Source: an uncultured delta proteobacterium (GTDB lineage: Bacteria; Desulfobacterota; Binatia; Binatales; Binataceae). From it: 64,000 bases of DNA. The stretch covers positions 1,312,001-1,376,000 of the forward strand of contig CAWCDG010000004.1 of NCBI GenBank assembly GCA_963794325.1, read 5' to 3'. Of this stretch, positions 36,270 to 47,696 are shown piece after piece (the first letter of the stretch is position 1; each line of letters begins with the position of its first letter). Made by a program: the position numbers and the translations under genes. The notes under the pieces were generated by a model that saw only the letters and a program-made list of their open reading frames with translations, had not been told where the DNA came from and did not search any database.

Positions 36270-37958
36270 ATGTTTGCGCCAGGCCGCGTCGCAAGAAGCT
36301 TTGCGATTCTGCTATTGCTGGCTGCAGTCGTTGGCCTGGTTCGCTCCAGAGATGCTCTCGCGCAATCCGAAGGCGCGGAAGCCACAGACGCTTCACTCAT
36401 AGCTTCCGAGCGCCAAGTAGTCACTGCACCTGTCGTCATTGACGGACGCGTACTGTTCCGAGTGCGAGGAGTAACTGCTTTCCCCGCTGCGGAACGCGCA
36501 GCCACGATAGATGAACGCATCAGAGCAGTTGCAGAGGACAGAGCAATACCTCCCAGTGCGCTCCATCTGGTAGCGAACGATCACTGGATTGAGATTGTCG
36601 GTGGCGAGAAGAGCATCATGGGGGTCTTTGATGCAGACGCTGCGGCAGAGGCCGCGGGCCTGTCCCGGCAGGCGCTGGCGCAGATATACCTCAAGCACAT
36701 CTCGTTGGCGTTGGAACAATATCGAACTGAACGGGAGCCTGTTCAGTTGGCGCGCAACGCGTTCCGTATAGCCGGCTGGACCTTTCTCCTGCTCCTGGCT
36801 GAACTAGCCATGCTCGGCAGCCTGCGTTGGCTGACGGTTCGAATCGGGCATAGATATGATTCGGCAATCGCGCAGATAGAGACCGGGACTTTTCGACTCA
36901 TTCGTGCAGAATCGATTTGGGTCGCAATGCGCTTCGCGGCCCGACTTTTCGCGCTAGTCGCATCCCTGACGATCTTTTACGTCTATCTTCATATAGCTCT
37001 GAACTATCTCCCTTGGACACGAGCGCTGTCGTCAGATCTCCGTGCATTGACTGTCGTACCGTTGTTGGTGCTGGCTCGCGAGGCGGTAGCCGCAATTCCG
37101 AGGCTGCTCGTCGTCGTTGTGATCATCGCAGTAGCCCGCTACGTCATCAGATTGGCACGGTTCTTCTTTTCGGCGATCGAGAGCGGAGCGATCACGTTCA
37201 AAGGGTTCGAGGCCGAATGGTCCAAACCGACATTCAATCTCGTGCGGGTACTGATCATCGCGTTCGCAGCGATGGTTTGTTACCCCTACATTCCCGGATC
37301 CCGGTCTGAAGCCTTCAAGGGAATCACAATTTTCGTTGGTGTCCTATTTTCGCTCGGATCATCTTCGTTGCTGGCCAACATTATAGCTGGGTACACGATG
37401 GCCTATAGGCGTGCCTTTCATGTAGGTGATCGTATCAGGGTCGGCGACCTAATAGGCGACGTGATTCAGATTGGGCTCATGGTTACGCACATGCGTTCAA
37501 TCAAGAACGAGGAACTGGTGGTTCCGAACTCCCTGATTTTGAACAGCAACGTCATCAACTACGCATCGCTTTCGCGTAAACAAGGTTTGATACTGCACAC
37601 GGCTGTCGGCATTGGTTATGAAACTCCCTGGCGTCAGGTGGAGGCAATTTTACTGATGGCGGCCGAGCGAACGCCGGGACTACTTCGCGAACCCGCTCCG
37701 TTTGTCCTGCAGCTATCTCTCAACGACTTTGCGGTTACCTATGAGCTGAATGTCTACTGCGATCGGCCTGGCGAGATGGATCGACTCTATGCAGACCTAC
37801 ACCGCAGTGTGCTGGACGTATTCAACGAGTTCGGCGTGCAGATCATGACCCCCGCCTATGTCGCCGATCCCGCTGAACCCAAAGTCGTGCCGCGCGAGCA
37901 ATGGTTCGCTAATCCGGCGGAAGCAGCTACTCCACTGAAGATCTCAAGAAACGCCTAG
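36270..37958 (+). CDS. MscS-family mechanosensitive channel with periplasmic domain
   Basis: Several TM helices, NIIAG..FHVGDRI..GDV, VPNS, GIGYETPW, GVQIMTP. Start uncertain. Confidence 0.88.
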   Translation: MFAPGRVARSFAILLLLAAVVGLVRSRDALAQSEGAEATDASLIASERQVVTAPVVIDGRVLFRVRGVTAFPAAERAATIDERIRAVAEDRAIPPSALHLVANDHWIEIVGGEKSIMGVFDADAAAEAAGLSRQALAQIYLKHISLALEQYRTEREPVQLARNAFRIAGWTFLLLLAELAMLGSLRWLTVRIGHRYDSAIAQIETGTFRLIRAESIWVAMRFAARLFALVASLTIFYVYLHIALNYLPWTRALSSDLRALTVVPLLVLAREAVAAIPRLLVVVVIIAVARYVIRLARFFFSAIESGAITFKGFEAEWSKPTFNLVRVLIIAFAAMVCYPYIPGSRSEAFKGITIFVGVLFSLGSSSLLANIIAGYTMAYRRAFHVGDRIRVGDLIGDVIQIGLMVTHMRSIKNEELVVPNSLILNSNVINYASLSRKQGLILHTAVGIGYETPWRQVEAILLMAAERTPGLLREPAPFVLQLSLNDFAVTYELNVYCDRPGEMDRLYADLHRSVLDVFNEFGVQIMTPAYVADPAEPKVVPREQWFANPAEAATPLKISRNA

Positions 37959-38020
37959 GGATAAGTCAAAGAATCTTTAGCCGAAGCCATGAACGAAAAG
38001 AGTTGAGTTAGGGGCGGGAT

Positions 38021-40738
38021 GTGAATCCAGAGCAGACGCGACTTGAAGAAGCCTGCCAGGGGAAAGTGCCGTGGCGAAAATGGGGACCCTATCTGAGCGA
38101 GCGTCAGTGGGGCACCGTGCGCGAGGATTACAGTGGATCAGGCGACGCGTGGAACTACTTCACCCATGATGACGCGCGCTCGCGCGCATATCGGTGGGGA
38201 GAAGATGGTCTGGCTGGCATCTCCGACGACCATCAATACCTTTGTTTCGCGTTAGCTTTGTGGAACGGCGCGGACCCAATCCTGAAGGAGCGGCTGTTCG
38301 GCCTGACCAATGCCGAGGGCAACCACGGCGAGGATGTGAAGGAGTACTACTTTTACCTGGACTCGACTCCGACTCACTCCTACATGAAATTCCTCTACAA
38401 GTACCCGCAAGCGGCGTACCCTTACAGCGACCTGGTCCTGACTAACCGTCGCCGGAGCCGGCAGGAGTTCGAATACGAATTGCTCGACACGGGCGTGTTC
38501 GACCAGGATCGCTACTTCGATGTGTTCGTCGAATACGCGAAGGCTGCGCCTGAAGAAATCCTGATTCAAATCACGGTCTGCAACCGCGGTCCCGATCCCG
38601 CCACGCTGCACGTGTTGCCGACGCTGTGGTTTCGCAATACTTGGTCCCGGGGCGGAGACTCGCCGAGGCCTGTCCTGCGGCAAGCGAACCTGAGCGATGC
38701 CGGCGGAGCGATCGCCGCGTCACATCCACAACTCGGAGAACGACTCCTCTGCTATGAAGGCGCAGCCGAGCTGCTATTCACGGAGAACGAAACCAACACG
38801 GATCGGCTGGTTCACGTTCCTAGCCGGACGCTGTACGTCAAGGATGGGATCAACAACTACATCGTCCAGGGCCGCCACGACGCGGTGAACCCGGAGAAAA
38901 CGGGAACGAAGGCATCGGTCCATCACGAGATAGAGGTGAGCCCGGGAGAATCGAAGGTGATTCGTTTGCGTCTGGTGCCGGCGGCAACGACTCCGTCACA
39001 GAATGGACAAGGAGGCCTCTTCGGCAGCGGCTTTGACACCGTGATGGAAAATCGCCGGAGGGAGGCTGACGAGTTCTACGCCTCGGTTATTCCGTCGTCA
39101 CTCAGCGCCGACGCGGCCAACGTTATGCGGCAGGCGCTGGCCGGCATGCTGTGGTCAAAACAGTTCTACTACTACGACGTCGATAAATGGCTTGAAGAAC
39201 ATGGCGCCGATCCGTTCAAGCCGAAGCACCGCGCAACTCGCAACGAACACTGGCATCACATGTACAACGCGGACGTCGTTTCCATGCCCGACAAGTGGGA
39301 ATACCCATGGTATGCGGCATGGGATCTGGCATTCCACGTTCTCGCGCTGACCTTGGTGGACGAGGATTTTGGCAAGGAGCAATTAGATCTCATTCTAAGT
39401 GAGTCATACATTCATCCCAGCGGACAACTTCCTGCATACGAGTGGAACTTCGGAGACGTAAACCCGCCGGTGCATGCCTGGTCAACCATCTTCACCTATC
39501 GCCTTCAGCAGAGCCGGCACGGGCACGGTGACGTTGACTGGCTTGAGCGGTCCTTCCAGAAGCTCGCACTCAATTTCAGTTGGTGGGTGAACCGCAAGGA
39601 TCGCTCCGGCAGCAACGTTTTCGAAGGCGGCTTCCTGGGGCTCGATAACATCGGAGTCTTCGACCGCAGCGCGCCGCTGCCGACCGGCGGGTACCTTGAA
39701 CAGGCAGATGGTACTGCCTGGATGGCGCTATTCTGCCAGAACATGGTCGAAATTGGAGTGCAACTGGCGCTCACTAAACCGGCCTACACGGACATGTGCG
39801 TCAAATTCGTTGTCCACTTTCTGCGAATCGGGCTATCGATGATGCACGCGGGAGAAGGTATCGGAATGTGGGACGAGGAAGACGGGTTCTTCTACGACGT
39901 ACTCCGGCTGCCAGATGGTGGCTCTCAGCGTCTCAAGGTCCGTTCGATAGTAGGTCTGCTCCCGCTGTGCGCGGTCACCGTATTTGATGGCGAACTCTTC
40001 GAAAAGTACCCGAAAATCAGGCAGCACTTGCGCAAGGTTCTGGAGGCGCGCCCTGAACTGATGGCATTCATCCATGATCCCGTGAAGCAGGGTAAACATG
40101 GCCGGCGGCTCGCTGCATTCCTGAACGAAGACAAGCTCCGGCGCGTACTGGCCAGGATGCTCGACGAGAATGAGTTTTTCAGCGCCCACGGCATCCGTTC
40201 CCTTTCCCGCTACCACGCGGAACATCCCTACGTCGTTCGGCTGAAGGGGCAAGAATTCCGGGTTTCGTATCTGCCGGCTGAATCTGATACAGGCATGTTT
40301 GGCGGCAATTCTAACTGGAGGGGCCCGATCTGGATGCCCGTCAACGCGTTGATAATCCGAGCGTTGCTGCAGTACTACGCCTACTACGGGGACGATTTCA
40401 GCGTGGAGTGTCCTACCGGCTCGGGCCACCAGATGACCCTTTATCAAGTCGCAGAGGAGATCTCTCATCGGCTGACTAACATCTTCCTGCGGGATAGCGA
40501 TGGGCGTCGACCCGTCTATGGTGGGTCCCGAAAGTTTCAGGAGGATCCGCACTGGCGAGACCTACTCTCGTTCTATGAGTATTTCCATGGCGACAACGGG
40601 GCGGGTCTCGGTGCCAGTCACCAGACCGGATGGACCGGAGTCATCGCTCGGATGATGCACCTGTTCGCTACAACAACGAGTCAGCAGGTGCAGGAGCTTG
40701 GCAAAAGCGCCGCTGTCACTGAAGTAGCGGCGACGTAA
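38021..40738 (+). CDS. GH63/MGH1-like glucosidase
   Basis: WGPYLSERQWGTVREDYS, MPDKWEYPWYAAWDLAFH, GLDNIG, EYFHGDNGAGLGASHQTGWT. Confidence 0.88.
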   Translation: MNPEQTRLEEACQGKVPWRKWGPYLSERQWGTVREDYSGSGDAWNYFTHDDARSRAYRWGEDGLAGISDDHQYLCFALALWNGADPILKERLFGLTNAEGNHGEDVKEYYFYLDSTPTHSYMKFLYKYPQAAYPYSDLVLTNRRRSRQEFEYELLDTGVFDQDRYFDVFVEYAKAAPEEILIQITVCNRGPDPATLHVLPTLWFRNTWSRGGDSPRPVLRQANLSDAGGAIAASHPQLGERLLCYEGAAELLFTENETNTDRLVHVPSRTLYVKDGINNYIVQGRHDAVNPEKTGTKASVHHEIEVSPGESKVIRLRLVPAATTPSQNGQGGLFGSGFDTVMENRRREADEFYASVIPSSLSADAANVMRQALAGMLWSKQFYYYDVDKWLEEHGADPFKPKHRATRNEHWHHMYNADVVSMPDKWEYPWYAAWDLAFHVLALTLVDEDFGKEQLDLILSESYIHPSGQLPAYEWNFGDVNPPVHAWSTIFTYRLQQSRHGHGDVDWLERSFQKLALNFSWWVNRKDRSGSNVFEGGFLGLDNIGVFDRSAPLPTGGYLEQADGTAWMALFCQNMVEIGVQLALTKPAYTDMCVKFVVHFLRIGLSMMHAGEGIGMWDEEDGFFYDVLRLPDGGSQRLKVRSIVGLLPLCAVTVFDGELFEKYPKIRQHLRKVLEARPELMAFIHDPVKQGKHGRRLAAFLNEDKLRRVLARMLDENEFFSAHGIRSLSRYHAEHPYVVRLKGQEFRVSYLPAESDTGMFGGNSNWRGPIWMPVNALIIRALLQYYAYYGDDFSVECPTGSGHQMTLYQVAEEISHRLTNIFLRDSDGRRPVYGGSRKFQEDPHWRDLLSFYEYFHGDNGAGLGASHQTGWTGVIARMMHLFATTTSQQVQELGKSAAVTEVAAT

Positions 40739-40796
40739 TATAATCGGCCCTCAAGAGGACGTTGCGACTTGCGCTCGTCAATCGTATGACATGCGA

Positions 40797-41513
40797 CTAC
40801 CAGCCTTGGCGATTGTAATAGTTGGCGACCAAGTCGACGATCTGGTCCGTCGTTTTGTCCGCCAGATAGCCGGTCGAAGATGTGTAGGTCTTCACGCCTC
40901 CTGCAGCAAGGTTTACGCCCAGCGAAGCGGCTGCGGTAGCACCACCAGCCGCTGCTCCTGCCGGGCCGGTGATTCCTGCTCCAGGCATGTAGCCGCTGTC
41001 AGCGGTGGTTTCAAAGTCCAGTATCTCGGTCGAACCTTGATCGGTTTTCTGAATAACCTGGACTACCGTATTTACCTTGGACTGTCCTGAGCCCAGGCCG
41101 ATGACCATTCGACGGAGCCGGTTCCCTTCGCTGATATCGGTGAACTGGCCGTCCAGTATGAGAACATTGCTGCCGGTGGGCGGTACTCCGCGCTGCAAGC
41201 AAGTGGAGTTGATGCCCTTTTGCGTGAGGTTGGCTGCGACCTGGATACAGATGTTCTGGGCGGTCTGATGTGCGATCTGGGCTTGCTGATCAGTCGGGTT
41301 GTCATCTGACATATTTCGGTAAGCCGCCTGAAAGAAGCCTGAGTTAAGCGAAACATCAGATGCATTTACGGCGAAGGGATAGACGAAGACCTGCGAAGGA
41401 CGAGAGTTTGCGATGGGTGCCGCAGAACTCTGTTGCGTGACCTGTGCCCCGGCGCATCCGAGCATTGATACCGCTAAAACCAGGTACACTGGACTAAAGA
41501 ACTTGTGTCTCAT
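40797..41513 (-). CDS. DUF4410-like lipoprotein
   Basis: Lipobox MLGC, EGNRLRRMVIGLGSG motif. Confidence 0.75.
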   Translation of the reverse strand: MRHKFFSPVYLVLAVSMLGCAGAQVTQQSSAAPIANSRPSQVFVYPFAVNASDVSLNSGFFQAAYRNMSDDNPTDQQAQIAHQTAQNICIQVAANLTQKGINSTCLQRGVPPTGSNVLILDGQFTDISEGNRLRRMVIGLGSGQSKVNTVVQVIQKTDQGSTEILDFETTADSGYMPGAGITGPAGAAAGGATAAASLGVNLAAGGVKTYTSSTGYLADKTTDQIVDLVANYYNRQGW

Positions 41514-41607
41514 GATCTTCCTCTCCTGAGAACGTTGTTACCCTCGATCGCTTGATTTCTTCCGGGAAACCCACTTTTCATCCTGCAGTCCGTCGAACGG
41601 TTTGTAT

Positions 41608-41625
41608 ATCGGACTTTGGTCCTAG
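41608..41625. promoter_or_regulatory. 18-bp regulon palindrome, copy 4 (ATCGGACTTTGGTCCTAG)
   Basis: About 95 bp upstream of the lipoprotein start, followed by an overlapping degenerate copy. Confidence 0.65.
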
Positions 41626-41757
41626 GACTCATGGTCGAGTGGCCCGATCTCTACGAAACCAGTAGTTAGTTTGGAAGTGAGAACCTGTTATTCGCAGCTC
41701 GTGCGATCAAAAGAGTTGACTGGCCTGATTTACCAAGCTCCCCAACGGGCCAGTCAG

Positions 41758-41797
41758 GGACGGGCCGGCATCTCCCCCGAGACAAGCCGGCCCGTCC
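41758..41797 (-). terminator. GC-rich hairpin downstream of glgX
   Basis: 12-bp stem GGACGGGCCGGC/GCCGGCCCGTCC. No clear U-tract. Confidence 0.45.
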
Positions 41798-41830
41798 TGT
41801 CTTGTGACACATTCAGACTGAGCAATATCG

Positions 41831-43886
41831 TCAGTTCATTTCAACTAAGAGCACTAAAGACCGCGCCTCGACAACGAATGATGACCCCGACACAGCCGGT
41901 GCCTCTTCCCAAGCACAAATATCGTCGGGTGATGGCGAAGAAGTATCAATCCATCGTCTCCAGTTTCTATTTCGTTGCTCACCAGCTCGCGGCAGTTCGA
42001 AAGTCAGAGGTCCCCAATATGAATTTAGCATTGCATGGATCGTGAATCGCTCACGAAGACTCTTGACCGTGAAGGCGATGGAATGCGAATCATCGCTCCA
42101 ATCGGGGCGGTTGAGCGCAGTGCCGTGCCACTCGAGTTGCGCCTGCCGCAACAGCTGGTTGAGTGTGAGATGAACGGTTTCGGTTGCAACATCGCGGCGG
42201 GAGCGAAATGCGATCAGCATCTTCGCGAAACGGTGGATATCAGCGTGGTGTTGCAGCAGGGTCCAGTCCAGCCAGCTGATCTCATTGTCCTGGCAGTATG
42301 CATTGTTGTTCCCATACTGGCTGCGTCGCATCTCATCGCCCATCAGCATCATCGGGGTACCTAATGCGATCATGGTTAAGGCAAGGAAGTTCTTTATCTG
42401 CCGACACCTGAGTGCCTCAATGGCAGGATCTTCAACAGGTCCTTCGGCACCGCAGTTCCAACTCTGATTGTCGTTCATCCCGTCACGATTGCACTCGCCA
42501 TTCTCTTCATTGTGTTTCTGACTGTAAGACACAAGATCGTTGAGGGTGAAACCGTCGTGGCAGGTGACGAAATTGATGCTCTGTTCGGGTTCCCGCTCTT
42601 CGTGGCCGTAGATGTCAGCGCTCCCCAGTAAGCGGGCTGCCAAATTAGACACGGTGCCGCGATCGCCTTTGAGAAATCGTCGGACATTGTCGCGGAATTT
42701 GCCGTTCCATTCCTGCCAACTGTCTCCGACAAAGCTGCCGACTTGATACAGACCTCCGGCATCCCATGCCTCCGCGATAACCTTTGTCCCGGCTAGAACT
42801 GGATCTGTTTCGATGTCCCAAATGATCGGAGGATTCAGAAGCGGCGATCCATTCTCATCACGCGCCAGAACGGAGGCGAGGCCGAATCGAAAGCCATCAA
42901 CGTGCATGTGTGTGACCCAATACCGAAGGCTGTCGACAATCATTCGACGCACGATAGGATGGCTAGCGCTGAGGGAGTTCCCTGTGCCGGCGTAATCTGC
43001 GTAGCGGCTACGGTCGCGCTGAAGGAGGTAATAGGCCTCGTTCGCCAATCCACGGAAGCAGAACGTCGGTCCTAGTTCATTGCCCTCCGCGGTATGGTTG
43101 AAGACGACGTCCAGAATTACTTCTATGCCCGCACGGTGGAGGGCTTTGACCATGTCGCGGAACTCGTCCATCGGACCGAGCGCATCTTGCCGCGAACTGT
43201 AGGCGCGATGCGGCGCAAAGAAGGACACGGGCGAGTATCCCCGGAAATTCACGCGACCTGCGGGCGCATCTGCGGCGTCGAATTGGAAGGTCGGCATTAA
43301 CTCCACCGCAGTGATCCCGAGGTCCGCCAAGTAGGGGATTTTTTCGATCAACCCTGCGAAGGTGCCGGCCTTCTCGGGTTTGACCGCCGAACTTGGATGG
43401 CGAGTGAAGCCACGTACATGCAGCTCGTATATTACAGTCTCGACAAATGGCCGCTGGAGTGGCAGGTCACCCTCCCAGTCGTAGGAACCCGGATCGGCTA
43501 CGATGGATTTCATCGCAACTGCGGCGTTGCTCGCGCGGCGGTCGTATGCCTTCGGGACGGCGACCGCTCGACCGTTAGGGATCCAGCAGAACCCTATCTC
43601 CATCGAAGCGCAGTCCCCGCTCGGGATCGAATGGGCCCAAAGCTCTGAACGCATAGACCTGGCCCGGAACCAAGTCAGGTACGAAGACATGCCAGTAGTG
43701 ATAGGTACGGTGCTCGCGGGGAGACAAGGAGACGACTCGCTCCGGTTTGAGCGCATCCTCGGTGTCGAACAACAGCAGTTCTACCAACGTCGCGTTCTTT
43801 GAGTACACACTGAAATTGACACCGCCCGGTTGAACGGTAGCACCAAGGGGAGAACTCGCACCTCGTCCTACTCTTGACCGACTCAT
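41831..43886 (-). pseudogene. glgX: glycogen debranching enzyme GlgX, frameshifted and with catalytic Asp->Gly
   Basis: The N-terminus (43575..43886) ends LLDP-TAA where LLDPYG is expected (extra A). The remainder has DVVFNH, AEAWD and TCHDGF, but GFRFGLA replaces GFRFDLA. Confidence 0.88.
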
Positions 43887-43968
43887 ATCTGTCTCCGCAA
43901 TGTCAAATCCGTCTTCGCATCAAGGCACTAAACCAGCCCGGTCGTTTTCGCTAACAACGAAATTCGCG

Positions 43969-45183
43969 TCATTTGACGATCGAGAGAGCGCGAGTATGGC
44001 GCGCTATCATCAGATTCTCATCAGTCGCGATCACATAAGCGGCCACCCGGCTGCCGGCTTTGCTTATCAGCGGTCCATGTCGACGGTTGGCGCTTTCATC
44101 CAATTCCAGCCCGAGCCAGCGACATCTCTGCGAGATCGACGCGCGCACAGGGGCCGCGTTCTCGCCCACGCCTGCTGTGAAAACGATTCCGTCAATGCCA
44201 TCGAGAGCGGCCGTCAGCGACCCGATGTGACGAGCCGCCTGGTAGCAGAATACTTCCACCGCGAAGCGCGCATGTGGGTCATCGCTCGCGAGTAGGTAGC
44301 GAAAGTCGGCCGATACACCAGAGAGCCCCAGCATACCTGACTGTCGATAGAGAAGATCCTCCAGCGCTTCAACGGACATTCCTTTGTGCTTAAGAAGATG
44401 CAAAACGACGCCCGGGTCGAGATCACCGCAGCGAGTACTCATCGGTAAGCCGTCCAAAACCGAAAATCCCATCGTGGAAGCAATAGAGGTGCGGGCCTTG
44501 AGCGCACACAAGGATGCGCCATTGCCGAGATGCGCAACCACCACGCGGCCGTCAGCGATTTCGGGCGCTCGTTCAGGAAGCGCTGAAGCAATGTACTCAT
44601 AGGAGAGACCATGGAAACCGTAGCGACGCACGCCTTCGTCAAAGAGCTCGCGTGGTAGTGCGAAGGTCTGAGCAACTTCCGGCGCGGTGCGGTGGAAGGC
44701 CGTGTCGAAACAGGCGACCTGCGGCAATGCGGGATTGATCTCAATGGCAGTTCGAATTGCGGCCAAGTTGTGCGGCTGATGTAACGGCGCGAGCGGGATC
44801 AGCGTCTCCAGTTGGGCAAGCAATTCCGGTGTCACGCGTTCGTGTCGAGTGTGTCGCACGCCGCCTTGAACGACACGATGTCCAAGCGCGGCCAGCCGGC
44901 GCCCACCGAGCATCTCCTTCGCCCAGGGCAATAGGATGGGCAGGACTTCGCTTGGAGTTGTCGGCGGGTTCCGGCCGAGATTAGGCGGCTCCAGTGCCTC
45001 TCCATCTTGCCCGAATGCCTTCGCTGCCGGTTGAGAGCCGAGTCCGTCGACCTGACCTGATATGATCCGGCGTTCTTCGTCATAAAAGGCAAATTTCAGC
45101 GAAGAGGATCCGGCGTTGATCACGCCAATCACTAGCGCCGAATCATTTAAATCTTCGTTCGCTTTCCGGACTGTGCGCGTCAC
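43969..45183 (-). CDS. ackA: acetate/propionate kinase
   Basis: INAGSSSLKF, GHRVV, APLH, FDTAFH, RRYGFHGLS, HLGNGAS, FTAGVGEN. GTG start overlaps the glgP stop. Confidence 0.92.
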   Translation of the reverse strand: MTRTVRKANEDLNDSALVIGVINAGSSSLKFAFYDEERRIISGQVDGLGSQPAAKAFGQDGEALEPPNLGRNPPTTPSEVLPILLPWAKEMLGGRRLAALGHRVVQGGVRHTRHERVTPELLAQLETLIPLAPLHQPHNLAAIRTAIEINPALPQVACFDTAFHRTAPEVAQTFALPRELFDEGVRRYGFHGLSYEYIASALPERAPEIADGRVVVAHLGNGASLCALKARTSIASTMGFSVLDGLPMSTRCGDLDPGVVLHLLKHKGMSVEALEDLLYRQSGMLGLSGVSADFRYLLASDDPHARFAVEVFCYQAARHIGSLTAALDGIDGIVFTAGVGENAAPVRASISQRCRWLGLELDESANRRHGPLISKAGSRVAAYVIATDENLMIARHTRALSIVK

Positions 45184-47684
45184 TTCACCGGTACCGCATT
45201 GGCTTTCCAAATGTCTTTTGCGTACTCGGCAATTGTGCGATCGCTGGAGAACTTACCGGAGCATCCAACGTTGATTATCGCTTTGCGCGTCCACGCCTCT
45301 GTGTCCTGGTAGAGCGACCCCACCGCAGTTTGTGCCTGAGCATACGCGCTCAGGTCAGCCAAGTTCATGAAATAGTCGCCACGCGCCAGTAGCGCTTCGC
45401 GGATCGGTTCGAATACTCCGGGCTCGTTATGGCTGAAATGATTCGTGAAGATCAGATCCAGCGCGGTGCGCGTCGCTGGTTCGTTATTGTAATGCCAGTT
45501 GGGATCGTACCTCCCGCGGCTGCTTGCTACCTGCTCAGCGGTCAGCCCGAACAGAAAGAAGTTTTCCTCTCCAGCTTCTTGAGCCATCTCGATCGTCGCT
45601 CCGTCGCGAGTGCCGATAGTCAGCGCACCATTGAGCATGAACTTCATATTCCCGGTCCCGCTGGCCTCATAGCCGGCGGTCGAGATCTGTTCTGATAGGT
45701 CGCTGGCGGGAATCAATCGCTCGGCCAGAGTTACACCGTAGTTTGGTACGAACACGACCTTTAGCCGCTGGCGCGTAGCCGGGTCTGCGTCGATCTTTGC
45801 GCCCACTTCGTTTACGAGCTTGATGATTAACTTGGCGAGCGTGTATGCAGGAGCCGCTTTGCCGGCGAACAAGAAGGTGCGAGGTGGTAACTCCAGATTC
45901 GGATCTTTGCGCAGGCGATCGTAGAGGATGATGATGTGCAAAACGTTCAGCAGTTGCCGCTTATACTCGTGGATGCGTTTGACCTGACAATCGAAAATTG
46001 TGGCGGGATCGATAATCTGCCCGGTTGCGGACTTCAGCCAGTCTGCGAAGCGCGTCTTAGCGGTCAGTTTTGCCTGGCGAAATCGGGCCTGGAATGCCGA
46101 GTCCTCAGCGAGGCGAACAATCTTTCGCAACTGCGTGAGATCCGAAACCCAACCAGTGCCAATTGATTCAGTGATCAAGCTGGCTAGCGCCGGATTTGCA
46201 AGCAGTAACCACCGACGCGGAGTGACGCCGTTAGTCTTGTTGTTGAAGCGTTCAGGAAACATTTCGGCGAAGTCAGGCATGAGCTGTTTTTTGACGAGGT
46301 CGGAATGAATCGCCGAAACGCCGTTAGTACTGTGGGTTCCAACGACGGCAAGATTTGCCATCCGGACCTGTCTTAAGGGCAACTCCTCAATCAGGCTCGT
46401 CCGTTCTATCTTTGCGTCGTCTCCGGGATGCTGATGGCGGACATGCTCGAGAAATCGCCGATTGATCTCGTAGGTGATTTCGAGCAAGCGCGGACAAGCC
46501 AGCTCGAATAATCTGACCGGCCATTTCTCAAGAGCCTCGGGAAGCAACGTGTGGTTCGTGTACGCTAACGTTCGAACCGTGATGTCCCACGCGTCGTCCC
46601 AGGTCAGCCCTGCTTCGTCGAGCAAGATGCGCATCAGCTCGGCTACGGCCATAGCTGGATGCGTGTCGTTCATCTGAATAGCAACCTTTTCGGGCAAGGC
46701 CGCCCAGTCATTTTCGGCGCGCCGAAAACGCGCAACGATGTCGGCCAGCGAACAAGAAACCAGGAAATACTCCTGGACGAAGCGCAGTGCCTGACCGGCG
46801 ATTGTCGAATCGTCGGGGTACAATACGCGTGTGACGGTCTCAGCCGCCGTCCGATCTACTATCGCACCAACGAAATCGCCGGAACTGAACTCGCCGAAGT
46901 CAAAGAAATCCGGCGAAGTCGCCGACCAAAGCCGTAGCGTGTTGATGTTTCCGCCGCCGTAACCAACTACCGGACGATCATAGGGAATACCCAATAAGTG
47001 TGAATGCATGTCCGGCACGGCGTGAAGTGCTCCGTTCTGGAGCTGAAAAGAGCAGGCGAGTGGAACCTTAATAACTTCTCTGGGTCGCGCTACCTCCCAA
47101 GGGTCTGGATAGTTAAGCCAGCGGTCTGGATATTCGACCTGATTGCGATCTTTTATTTCTTGCCGAAAAATCCCGTAGTCGTACCGCAGACCATACCCCA
47201 TCGCCGGGATCGCCAGTGTCGCGAGCGAATCCATGAAACAAGCCGCCAAACGTCCCAACCCGCCGTTACCTAAACCGGCGTCAGGTTCCGAGTCGATAAC
47301 TTCCGTCCAATCCTGTCGCGGATCGGAACGAAGGTCTTCGCGAACCAGTTGCTCGACCCCCATATTGATGATGTTGTGAATTAGCGTGCGGCCGATGAGG
47401 AACTCCATCGACAAATAGTAGACCCGCTTTGCGTTGGCGCTTTCGTAGGTCTGCTCGGTAAGAAGCCAGCGCTGCGTGAGCAAGTCGCGAAGTGACCTGG
47501 CGACCGCTTCAAAGCGCTCACGGTGACTTGCCTTTTCCAAAGATACTGCATGATCGAGTACAACATGACGATCGTAGCTGTCAGTTTGGCCAACCTGCAG
47601 CGCGCCAAGTTGGTAACGCTCGATCACGTTGCTGTCGACTCCATCAAAGGTAGGCTTTCCAGCCGTTGCTTTGTTTCGTGTCAT
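45180..47684 (-). CDS. glgP: glycogen/alpha-glucan phosphorylase
   Basis: GLGNGGLGRLAACF, NDTHP, KRIHEYKRQ, EASGTGNMKF (PLP lysine). Confidence 0.95.
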   Translation of the reverse strand: MTRNKATAGKPTFDGVDSNVIERYQLGALQVGQTDSYDRHVVLDHAVSLEKASHRERFEAVARSLRDLLTQRWLLTEQTYESANAKRVYYLSMEFLIGRTLIHNIINMGVEQLVREDLRSDPRQDWTEVIDSEPDAGLGNGGLGRLAACFMDSLATLAIPAMGYGLRYDYGIFRQEIKDRNQVEYPDRWLNYPDPWEVARPREVIKVPLACSFQLQNGALHAVPDMHSHLLGIPYDRPVVGYGGGNINTLRLWSATSPDFFDFGEFSSGDFVGAIVDRTAAETVTRVLYPDDSTIAGQALRFVQEYFLVSCSLADIVARFRRAENDWAALPEKVAIQMNDTHPAMAVAELMRILLDEAGLTWDDAWDITVRTLAYTNHTLLPEALEKWPVRLFELACPRLLEITYEINRRFLEHVRHQHPGDDAKIERTSLIEELPLRQVRMANLAVVGTHSTNGVSAIHSDLVKKQLMPDFAEMFPERFNNKTNGVTPRRWLLLANPALASLITESIGTGWVSDLTQLRKIVRLAEDSAFQARFRQAKLTAKTRFADWLKSATGQIIDPATIFDCQVKRIHEYKRQLLNVLHIIILYDRLRKDPNLELPPRTFLFAGKAAPAYTLAKLIIKLVNEVGAKIDADPATRQRLKVVFVPNYGVTLAERLIPASDLSEQISTAGYEASGTGNMKFMLNGALTIGTRDGATIEMAQEAGEENFFLFGLTAEQVASSRGRYDPNWHYNNEPATRTALDLIFTNHFSHNEPGVFEPIREALLARGDYFMNLADLSAYAQAQTAVGSLYQDTEAWTRKAIINVGCSGKFSSDRTIAEYAKDIWKANAVPVK

Positions 47685-47696
47685 AGATCATTTCTC

